A stretch of 64,000 nucleotides of DNA, from the NCBI GenBank assembly GCA_965655095.1, contig OZ296651.1, positions 62,186,001 to 62,250,000 of the forward strand, read 5' to 3'. Source of the DNA: Haplodiscus bocki (Eukaryota). Below, one piece after another: positions 13,642 through 23,589 of the stretch (its first letter is position 1; the number at the start of each line of letters is the position of its first letter). The notes beneath the pieces are model-generated. The model made no database searches. It was not told where the DNA came from and worked only from the letters and a program-made list of their open reading frames with translations. The position numbers were made by a program, and so were the translations under genes.

Positions 13642-14133
13642 TCAGAGGGAGTCGTTGAGATGCGCTAGCTGAAAATTCATACAAGGGCTTTTTATTAAAA
13701 CAATTCTTCTGCTTTCTACAATGATGTGACTGTGAGGACCAATTTCTGGGCCAGAGTTTTGGGTAGTCTGGCTGTGGAAGAGGCCTCCTTCAGGATGAGG
13801 ATCACTCTGGGAGTCGTCCTCATTCGTTCCCTGGTTTTCCACGTTTGCGTTCCGGAATGTTCCCGGAACGTTTTCGGAATGCGTCCGTATCTGTTGGTTC
13901 AAGAGAAATTCATCTAATTTAGACAGAGCACCCAAAATGCGGGACTCTGTCCTGTTGAACTCCTGGGACAGTTTTTTAGTGCCTCTGCCTTCAATCTCCT
14001 CAGAAACTTGTGTGATATATTCCTCGTTAATTCTAGGAACGGACGTGTTTCGTGACTGGCCGTTCCTAGGATGTTCCTCTTGTGTTTCTCTTGTAACGGC
14101 TGCCAACTTTCGTTTGTTTCTCAACGTTGCCAT
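13642..14133 (-). CDS. N-terminal part of a retrotransposon gag-like ORF starting inside the LTR and running into flanking DNA
   Basis: Intact 163-aa ORF MATLRNKRKL...; similarity to copy 1 ends at GPEIGPH, which is the element end. The gag assignment comes from my recall of related Gypsy ORFs. Confidence 0.5.
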   Translation of the reverse strand: MATLRNKRKLAAVTRETQEEHPRNGQSRNTSVPRINEEYITQVSEEIEGRGTKKLSQEFNRTESRILGALSKLDEFLLNQQIRTHSENVPGTFRNANVENQGTNEDDSQSDPHPEGGLFHSQTTQNSGPEIGPHSHIIVESRRIVLIKSPCMNFQLAHLNDSL

Positions 14134-14548
14134 TTTTGAAAGGAAAATGCTACGCAGTTATGAAGACTGAATTATTTTGTACTTGTTAATAAACTTGAGG
14201 TTATAACAAAAATGTTATTCTTTAAAATAAACAACTAGTCGCAATCAGTACAGTCAACTGATAATCAAAGTGATATTATGGCTCTTCCTTTAGTACTTTC
14301 GTTTCTCCTATTTATACCCTTTCCGTGGCGGGAAACATAATTGTTTACACGCCAAGTAAAGGTACAAAGTAGAGAAAAGTTCTTTGATCATAATAATTAC
14401 CAAGGAACTATGCCGACTCTGGCGGGAAATAAACAACTTTCCCTCCATTTCTTCCTTTACAGACCGGGTCTTTATCATCTTTCGACGGAAAATTTACGGG
14501 TCTGATCAGTCGGAAATGGATATCAAAGTGCTTATTCCCGCGCCGACA
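13731..14548 (-). mobile_element. Solo-LTR-like element (TGT...ACA), copy 2, better preserved
   Basis: On - it begins TGTCGGCGCG and ends GGTCCTCACA, has an internal TATA box, and is homologous to 4594-5381 with coincident boundaries. No clean target-site duplication. Confidence 0.7.
14309..14316 (-). promoter_or_regulatory. TATA box within the LTR
   Basis: TATAAATA on -, about 175 bp upstream of the ATG at 14133. It is degenerate at the equivalent site in copy 1. Confidence 0.45.
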
Positions 14549-14559
14549 CAATAAATAAT

Positions 14560-15275
14560 AATATAAACAAATGATCAAAAAGATTTTCCATAAGAGGAAA
14601 GTATTGGAAAATGCACCAAAATTAAGTAAAATGCATTAAAATAATCATGAAAAGTCATAATTACATGCTTGGTAATACTATTGCATCGATTTAATCCACT
14701 TTCGGAAGGAAACTAGGCTTTTTCCTAGCTCGTTCCACGTTTTTACTAGCTCACGCCTCAATTTGGCCGGAGCGTTACGTGGCGACTACGTAGCCGCCTG
14801 TGGCACTGCCTTCCGCAGTACTACTGAGCAGAATGACTCTGGTGGCCACGTAGACGGCACGTGTCCGACTAAAGTGGCGCAGCCTAATAGCACAGCGGAT
14901 TGGCTGAAAGTTTTGTGACGTCACCAGTTCGGTAGCCACGTAACGCGTACGTAACAAATTATTCATTCCTAGCTTAGAGTAGCTGCTAGGTAGGTACGTG
15001 TTCGTTACGTAAAAGTTGCGTCCCAATCTGGTTCAGTACACGGGAGTGCTACGTATAAAATACGTAGAATTTGTATTAAAATATACTGGGGAGTGATACG
15101 TATTTGATACGTATCAACTACATGTAAAAGCAATGAATTATTACTGCAATATTATTATATGAAAGGAAATGGAAAAGTCTAAAGTATTGGTACAGTTTCT
15201 TCTAATTTTCAGGCAATCTGGGGATGTCCTTTTCTTTCATTATGCACGTAGGCTTCGCGGATATACTGCGACAGT
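14560..15275. repeat. Non-coding interspersed repeat, copy 2 (ACGT/TACGTA-rich)
   Basis: Shares homologous blocks with 5400-6325 and has many ACGT-core palindromes at 14770-15115. Confidence 0.5.
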
Positions 15276-17559
15276 GACTGGTTCTTAGTACCTGGTCTTA
15301 TCTAATATCCAAAGAATCTCTTCGGAAGTAACTTTCAACTCCATTAAACCGTAGCACCACTGATCACGAGACGGGGAACGAGCCGAGGTCCACAGAAAAT
15401 TTATAAGTCTAAAACCAATAAAAGCGAGATTCAATTTCGGAGGCGGTGGGGTTCCTCTGCAAAATATATGCCAAACTCTGTAACTATTGCAGTTCAACTG
15501 AGAAGATTGTTTCGTAGCTCTTGACTGTTGAATGAATAGAGTAAAAAAATTAATCGTTTGTCAAAGAATTCGAATTAACTTAACGGTCAAAAACTTAACG
15601 CTAAACAAATTTTCATGGTGAGAATAAATGGGACTTTTAAGTAAGTGGACAAAAAATTTCAAAAACATCTAATTAAACCAGATTAACTCCAAAAATCAAC
15701 TGAACCTACCAAACTAACACCAATAAATGTTTAACAGAAAACATCTTAAAAATCCTTATCTCTAAAATTATTTAAAAATCACCATACGTTTTTCAAAACC
15801 CAGCCAGGCGCACCTAGCCGTACTTTCAAACTTTGAAAGAACCTAAAAGCATTTAAAAGCCTCTAAAATCACGTTAAACTTCCATTTGTCTAGAACATAT
15901 ACACCCGTTTAATACGAACTTTTCGCTGCACAAAAAATTTATCTTTTTTTAAACTATAAACATAAACACGCTTACTGATGCGTATAAAAAATACATCGTT
16001 CGCGTAACGAATATCGCTCATCGAGCGCGCCTGCTTAAAATTGAAAACATATACACGCTAACATTTTCCATTGCACGAAAAGACTTTACTGGCCAACTCT
16101 CCTGAGCATTCCTGGTCACGAACCTAACCTATTACGTTTTTGTACAGATTCTCTGCCATACCCTCTTTTCCATTCCCGTCGCCATACAGCACATAATCTG
16201 AGTTAAAGCAGCACAATTGTCTGCTAATGAGACAGAAGATAGGTTGACTGGGCCTTTTAGGTGACATTAACTAACCGAAACACTATAATTTTTCCCAAAC
16301 GGGTATGGAAACAAATATTAAACATACTAAGAGCTCTGTACCTTCATCAATGATTCTAACTAAAAAAATAGGTATTTAACACATTGTAAATGCTTCATAT
16401 TAAATTTAAAAGTAAATGGAAAAATATATATTTTTTTGTTTTCAGATGAGCAACAAGTTGAAATGCATAAATGATGAAACTTAATTGAAGTTTTGCATCT
16501 AAGTTTTTACATAGGAAATAGGATAAAGATGCTTTTTTCATTGTTTTCTACTACAATTTTTCGTTTTTTTTTCTTCGCATTCTCCTACTAATACCCATAA
16601 ATTTACTCTTATATGGACTAATATAAGCTTCTTCAGCTGAAAGAGAAAAGTCATTTCAATTAAAATTATCCCAATAAAAGAAGTACATAGCTTGTAGAAT
16701 TTGAAACCTTACAATTGAAAAATGAAATTTCAAAGCTTTTATTCAAACAAATTGATTACATTTACATTCGGAAAACGTTTATCATATATTCTCCCTGATA
16801 AGGTTGTAATAGGTGAAAAAAAAGTCGGCCCTTTGAAAAACGAACACATGAAAGGACATCATATGACTGCATAGAAAAACAAAGAAGAGAATTTTTTTTG
16901 TACTTTGTAAAACTTTGTTAAATTATTTAATGAAGGTCATCATGAATTTTCAGACAGCTACGGAATTAATAAAGATAAACAAGATCGGAGGAGATCTAAT
17001 ATACTTTTCAAAGCAGATAATGACTTCGTTTTTTATTGTGAATTTTGTGAAGAAGATGTTACTCCACAAGATTTTAATGTTCATAATTTATCACAGCAAC
17101 ATTTTTATAATGACTATATTCTGGTGTTAGTGATAATAAAAAATAACAATCTGAAAGCGAATTTGTTTTGAAAAAGTTTTTCCCGAATGTATGATGGCTA
17201 CCGAAGCAAAAAAAACCTCCGCAAAAATTGATTATAGATCAAATAAAACCGAAAAAAAATTACTACATTTTTCATTCAGAATGAAAACAGAAATATATAC
17301 TTCAAAACCAGTTAATTCAAACATTCATTCATCTGCTCTTTCCAAAGTAGTATCAATTAGAGAAAATTTCCAATGATTTTTTTCTGAAATTTTATTGATT
17401 CTTTTGGATTTGTTTTCGTTTGTTTAACTGGTAAATCGGTGTTTTTTGTATTGAAAAATAACAAGTCCTAAGCTTTGTTTTGAGGAGTAAACCTTTCCAG
17501 ACCCGATTTGTACCTAATTTTTTTCTAAAAACTACAGGAAAGGATTTAGTTTAGTCATT

Positions 17560-17980
17560 AAAGTTAACCTCAAAACTCTGATTATCCACCAGGTAAAATG
17601 ATAATTCATAAATGAGAGACTTTACTTTTTGTACGGTTTAAGTTTTGGGATTGTAAAGATCTAGATTTGAGCGAATTTGGTACATCACATGAACTCTTTT
17701 CGAACAACAACGTGAAAGTGATGAAAAAATTGAAACTCGACTCAATCCCAAAAAATGACTTAGATGAAGCAGTGTTTTTTTGGAGTACATCTAAAATTTT
17801 ATATAACCATGGAATTCAGTTGAGTAAAAATCACGCAGCAAATACACTTTAGATGTTCATAAGAATTCTTAGAAAAAATGAAAACAATGTGGAGTTATAT
17901 ATTCTTCTAGAAGTGAAAAAACAAAATTTTTGGAAAATACAATAACAAAAATAGCTCAAAATACATTTGATGATAAAAGT
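17560..17980 (+). pseudogene. Protein-primed DNA polymerase B, C-terminal remnant
   Basis: HELFSNNNVKVMKKLKLDSIPKNDLDEAVFFWS resembles the post-DTDS palm/thumb segment of Polinton pPolB, and it ends with the typical FDDK(R) at ~17968. Confidence 0.55.
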
Positions 17981-18875
17981 TTTTTTGATGAAATTGAAAA
18001 AGTACCAAGGAGTCATTGTGAACATCAGGATGAAGTTATTATTTTATTTGGAAAATAGAACCACCGGTGTAAAAAAAAACATATGCTAAATTTCCAAAAA
18101 GGATTATGCTTTTAACAAAATTGCAGTGAATTACGTAGATGACATTTTGAGCATGGGTTTATTAGACCTAAATGATTCTGGCCCGAAAAAAGGTATAGAT
18201 TTTACTTAGTAGTAACTGTTAGCTTCTCAAAATTTGAATGGGGTATTCCATCAAAAAAATTGCTCTAACAAAAAAAGATTCTTTTGAAAACATCCACAGA
18301 ACCTCAAAAAAAACCTAGCATATAAAAGTCTGATTGTAGGAAAAAAGTTGATCAAACGTTTATCAATTTTTCAAACAATAATTTTCTTTGAAAAAACAGT
18401 CGCTAAACATCAAAGGGAGCAGTTTTTGCTGAAAGTCCTAATCAAACACGTAGAGAATTTAATAAAAATCTGTTTGTTAGAAAAGTATTTGTAATTGGTT
18501 AAGCGAAATCAAGGCAGTGACGAATAAAAAACTTATAACCAAACATTTTTCAACTTAATCAACACCAATTCAACCACCTCGAAAAAAAATGAAACATATG
18601 TTTGCCAAAAGTTTTTTGACAAAAGAAAAAAAATTAAAACAAAGTTTAATTAAGGAGATTCTGCTAGAACTGCCGACAAGAAAAAGTTTTCTTCTAAAGG
18701 TGTTGCAACAAAGTGGTTTTAGAATTGTACTCAGTTACAGGAGATATTGATGACAAAATATCTACTTATCTTATAAATGACTTGCCCGAAAGGTAAAACG
18801 AAGCTTTGTTAGGAGAAACAGTTATAACCATGCAACAAAAAACGAAAGTTATAAAAGTAATAAAGTTAGATGTCT
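17980..18875 (+). pseudogene. int: Polinton retroviral-like (rve) integrase, degenerate
   Basis: Reads NKIAVNYVDDILSMGLLDLND, LVVTVSFSKFEWGIP, KGAVFAES, RTADKKKFSSKG and LPER*NEALL, with multiple frameshifts and stops. Confidence 0.75.
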
Positions 18876-19736
18876 CTGCCTTTCGCCGCTAATTGATATG
18901 CTCTTATTTGTTAATACAATGCAAAATCAACATGACTTTCAAAGTCAACTTTACTTGTCAATCTAAAATTTATTTTCATTGTTTTTGGAATAAAAAACCT
19001 TTTTGGTAACGTGCATCCAAACATACAAATTGTCTTTTTTTGAAACCTGATAACATCTTGTATTATAAAACAACATAACAAATTATCTTTAGTTAAATGT
19101 GTAAAACATGAAACAAACTCTCCAACACCTTGTGAATACTTTTTACCGTCATTATTTGAGCTGATGCCGGCGTCGGGATTTTTCTAAGTAGTCAGAATGT
19201 TTTGAGCAGACACTCTGGCAAAAACATCTTTCCTATGTTCTGAATTTTTCTTCCAAACTCTATCTTGGAGACCAGATATAACATAAAACAGAAAATCAAT
19301 TTCATTTGTAACGCCCTATTTAGAATTGCAATGAGTTCGTTAGTGTTTATTTTTTTCAGAAAACAGATCTTCCAATGTAGTTTAATTCAGTTGGTTCTCT
19401 GGACACAATTTGTCCCGAAAATAGTTTTTGGGTTCTAATAGGAGTGTAAAAAACGACAAAGCAAAAGATAACTCTTATTGAAATTTTTGCATTAGCAGTT
19501 GCAGCAGTCTACTCTAGTTAGTGTGTCAACATCAGTGTTCGGTTTCAAACTTAACTTGTATCCTAACCCATATATAGCATTCTCTTCATGTTAAGCAAAA
19601 CCAAAAAGACCTTCATATCATTTTTCAGTTGAAACATCTCCGATATTGTTCGTTGCCAACGGATTGCCTTCTCCAATTGATAGTCCTCCCTGCCTTCAGT
19701 CACGATCTCGCTCAGAAGTTTCACTTAGCCTAAACA
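18870..19736 (-). pseudogene. Major capsid protein (double jelly-roll, Polinton type), degenerate with an internal deletion
   Basis: Motifs seen here and more cleanly in the array copies: FGF...NATYGLGYK.TL, LHYIEKSVF, FARLPVSCAQCI, DAGI, FDA.YQK.F and C-terminal YAFVLTNK.MSI..DG.RHLDL*. It lies between integrase and ATPase. The family call is from recall. Confidence 0.65.
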
Positions 19737-19737
19737 A

Positions 19738-20210
19738 TCTGGTGGATTCAGTTCCTTGAATATATAATCAGTTACTTTTTACTCGGGCAAATTTCAAAGA
19801 AAGATTTTTACTACACCTTCTAAAAACCAACCTCTGTCGTAAGTTTTCCACCATTCATGATAAAGTCATTCCAATTACACTTTAGATCGTCTTAAAATCC
19901 GAATTGACCTTTTTTCTGGTTTGATGAGGTTAACTAAAGGTCTCGTTAAAATTCCATCAAATCTCCCACTTTTCTTCATCAACTCTAGAGTTTCTACAGA
20001 GACATCTGATTCATTCAATTCACCAATTGCTTTTCTGCTTCATTGACTCCTTTTAAGTTTTTTCTGTTGTATCACTGATAGCTTCTGGTAACTGGAAAAA
20101 AAAATAAATGAATCGTAATTAAAATTCTGTTTACCTATTTTTTCTTGTAAACGTACATCTTTTACTCGTGATTGCACATCATTTTTTTGGAAACATTCAG
20201 AAGTCATCTT
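19738..20210 (-). pseudogene. Polinton uncharacterised ORF remnant (copy 1)
   Basis: Reads VQSRVKDVRLQEKIGKQNFNYD and is homologous to 54622-55095. Confidence 0.5.
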
Positions 20211-20249
20211 AATATTTATTTGAATTTAACATCATATGCATGTTCTTAA

Positions 20250-20745
20250 ACCGGATTCTTTTCCGGTATACAAATTTTGTATAATCCTAGTATACTTCCA
20301 TTACAAATAAAAAATTTATCCTATCTTTTCTTCCTAGTTCTGTCAGAGCAAAGATACCTTTTTTTTCATCTTTGTATGCTATTCTACAAAGATCTTTCAT
20401 TTCACCATAGCTCTTGTCAAATCTTGCAAAATCTTCATAGTTGCTTTCTAAATCTTGTAAAACTTTCTTAGACAAAAAAATTAAACTGCTTTTATTTCTT
20501 GTAGTTCAATCTGGTTGACCAAAATAGGATTATCTAGATAAATGTCATTTAAATTTATCTGACGTCCTCTTGTGAACAATGGATAACTTTTTTGTGATTA
20601 GAATCTGAAATCATCAAAAGTAACAGTACCACCTTTGTACTCAGTTACTACTTTTCCTTTTCAGTACTGAAATTCCACTGAATTCTTCAGGTGATTTGGC
20701 TATGGTAAGAATAATTCGATTGAAAACAAGTTTTTTTATATAAAC
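20250..20745 (-). pseudogene. A32/FtsK-family packaging ATPase remnant
   Basis: Walker-B-like KGGTVTFDD, then FTRGRQ (the RGRH motif), and a C-terminal LQDLES.YED....DKSYGEMKDLCRIAY segment (ORF 20287..20475). Confidence 0.7.
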
Positions 20746-20769
20746 ATAGGAAAAAAAATCTTAGAAGAA

Positions 20770-21322
20770 AAAAACCTACAATCAAAGTTTTCATTGATTT
20801 TCATTTGCTTTTAATTTCATTTGCTTTTTTGTAAAACTTTTACAGAGATTTTTCTATTGTTTTTATCAACCACGATGTATTGTAACTATTTTCTGTTTAG
20901 ATTTCTCAAAAGACCTATTAGTTTCTTGAGCTCTCTCATAAAATTTTTTTACTTGTTAATATTCTTCAAAAATAGATCGTATGAAAGTTACCAGTCAATC
21001 TTAAACCACGAGCGATTTCGGTTGAAAATTGTATGATTACCAATCCAAAACCACTTACAAAAATTATTAAAGTAGTGGAAATTGTAGCAAAATTAACAAA
21101 AAACTCAATCGTTTTCATTATAGTAGATAATACTTCAAACGCTTTCTGTTTCTTTACTGATTTATGACTCTCATCTTTGAAGTAGGTAATCATTTCCGTA
21201 AGATTGTTAAAAGATATTTTGAAGCTGTTTTTTTTCATGATTTCCTTTTTTAATTTCTCTTCAACATTTGTTATTGGTTCTACTGGAGCACATGGAAAAA
21301 ACTTAGTAAGAGACATTTTCAT
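20770..21322 (-). pseudogene. Polinton predicted membrane protein remnant
   Basis: ORF 20966..21322 has a Lys-rich coiled region followed by a hydrophobic stretch FFVNFATISTTLIIFVSGFGLVII, and is frameshifted downstream. Confidence 0.5.
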
Positions 21323-21350
21323 ATCTATGAAATTTTAATTATACTTGCAT

Positions 21351-21735
21351 CTACACAAACGTTCCAAAATAAAGCCCCTTTCTTGTATGATTGTAATTGA
21401 TTACTTCTGGTATTAGAGACAAAGTTGAGTCGGGTATATCATATACAAGTGCACTAACAACTTTCGCACCAATCTTTAGTGCTCTTCCAGGATCTTCCAG
21501 TACAAAACTTGCAGGTTCTTTACCGACTTTGGCAGAAATTTTTCCTATAATTCCAAGAACTTATTCCGCCCTTCAGCTTGTCTAGTAATTTCAAAAACAA
21601 TCATTCGTTCATTGCTTTTACGTGGAACAAATTTATCATTTAACAATAATTTCCCTGTTTCAATTGTATCACCTTCAATAGATATAATAGCAGTGCAATG
21701 GCCCACACCACACAAAAACAATTGCTGTTAAAATT
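21351..21735 (-). pseudogene. Small basic/amphipathic Polinton protein remnant (possible virion core or membrane-active protein)
   Basis: Reads QAEG..., KISAKVGKEPASFVLEDPGRALKIGAKVVSAL...LSLIPEVI..HTRKGLYFGTFV*. Function is inferred. Confidence 0.4.
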
Positions 21736-23589
21736 TTCACGCGAATTTACTTAGGGATGCAAAAAAATTGAGAGATATAACGTTAAAATTACCATAAACC
21801 ATGTGAACGTCCTAGACGTGAAGGAAAACCATGAATTTGAGCTTTAATTTCCAGTTGGAGTAAAAAAAAGGGACAAAACCAAAGATTACTTTTATCAGAA
21901 ATTATGAATTAGCAGTGGCAGCATTTCTATCTCTTGCGTCATTATCAATATTTTGTTTCTGAGTCAACTTGTAGGCTAACCCAGACGTAGCATTCTCTTT
22001 ATGCTCAGCAAAGTCAAAAACAATTTTTATATAAGTTGTGAGTTGAAACCTTCCCAATTTTGTTCGTTGCCAAAGGACTGCCTGCTCCAGTTGATACTTC
22101 CTAATTGCAGAAAACTTTGATAATAGACTTTCTATTTATCTTTTCGAGAAATTTCTTGAAAGTTAAAGCGAAGCTTTGTTAAGAAAAACAAATACAACCA
22201 AGGAACAAAGATTGAAAGTTACAAAAAACATTAAAGTTAGATAAAGTCTAAATGTCTTTCACCGTGACAGCTAGTTGATGTGTTTTTGTTTGTTAATACA
22301 AGAGCATAATCAACATAACTTCCAACATCAGCATCACCTATCAATGTGAAACTTACTTTCAGTGTTTATGGTGTGGAATCTTTTTTTGGTAACATTCATC
22401 AACACAGACAAATTGTTTTTTTCCCGAAACCTGATAACGTCTTGTAATATGTGAAGACTTTAGATATTGTTTTTAGTTAAATGTCTAAAACAAGCACATG
22501 CAATAAATTTTCCACAACTTTGTGATTAATCATATCATTCTAGTTTATATTTATGCCCACGTCGGTATACTTTAGGTTGCAAGAATATTTTGAGCACATG
22601 ACACAGGCAGGCGAACAAAAACATCTTTTCTATGTTCTGGAATTTCTCTATTCCAGAACGAAACTTTGTTAAGAAAAATAAAAATAAGCATGGAACAAAA
22701 ATTGAAAATAACAAAAAACAACAAAGTTAGATAAAATCTAAATGTCTGTGCCCGTCACACCTAAATGATATGTTCTTGTTGTTATTACAAAAGGATAATC
22801 AACATAACCACCAACGTCAGCATCACTTGACAGTGCCAAAAATTATTTTCACTGTTTTTGATGTAGAACATTTTTTTGGTAACTTGCATCAAAATATACA
22901 ATTGGTCTTTTTCCTGAAACCTGAAAACATCTTGTATCATATGGACACATAAGATAAGATATTATCCTTAATTAAATGTCCCAAACATGAAACAAATTCT
23001 CCAAAATTTTTTGTGAATAGTAAGTTTCTTTATAATTTCAATCTATGCCTGCATCGAGAGATTTTCTAGTAGCAAGAATACATTGACCACATGAGACAAG
23101 TAGTCTGGCAAAAACAACTTTTTTATGTTTTGGAGAATTCTTCCAAACATTCTTTTGGAAACGAACAGTAACATAAAACGGAAAATCAACTGCATTTTAA
23201 CGTCTTTCTCAAATTCCTAATCTGTTGTCAGTTTACAATTTTCCAAAAAAAACAAATTTTTCAATGTAGTGTAATAGAGTTGGCGCTCTGCAAACAATCT
23301 GACCCGATAATTTTCGTTGAGTTCTTTTGGGTGTACAAAAAGTGACAAAGCAAAGGATGACTTCTAATAAAACATTTGCTTTAGCAGTAGCAGCATCTCA
23401 ATTTATAGCGTCATTATCTGTTTATCTTTTCAGAGTGAACTTGTATCCTAACCCATATGTAGCATTCTGTTCGTGTTCATCAAAACCAAAAACATTTCTC
23501 ATGTAAGTTGTCAGTTTTAACCTTTACGACTTTGTTCGCTGCTAAAGGATTGCCTGTTCCGGTTGATACTTCTCAATTACAGAAAAATT

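Larger units (their letters stand above)
16400..21845. mobile_element. Degenerate, internally deleted Polinton/Maverick-like element A (copy 1)
   Basis: Co-located remnants of pPolB, rve integrase, MCP and packaging ATPase. Termini were not identified and the left boundary is approximate. Confidence 0.8.

Noticed and set aside
13719-14554. 6-bp target-site duplication CAATGA/CAATAA around LTR copy 2
   Set aside because: It has one mismatch and requires moving the boundary to 13725, so it is not reliable in AT-rich DNA.
15790-16070. Left terminal repeat of Polinton A
   Set aside because: GC-richer patches are present but there is no AGT-type terminus and no inverted partner in the window.
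21750-21845. C-terminus of a minor capsid (penton) gene
   Set aside because: Only a weak resemblance (V*DVHMVYGNFNVISLNF) over ~25 codons, too short to support a call.
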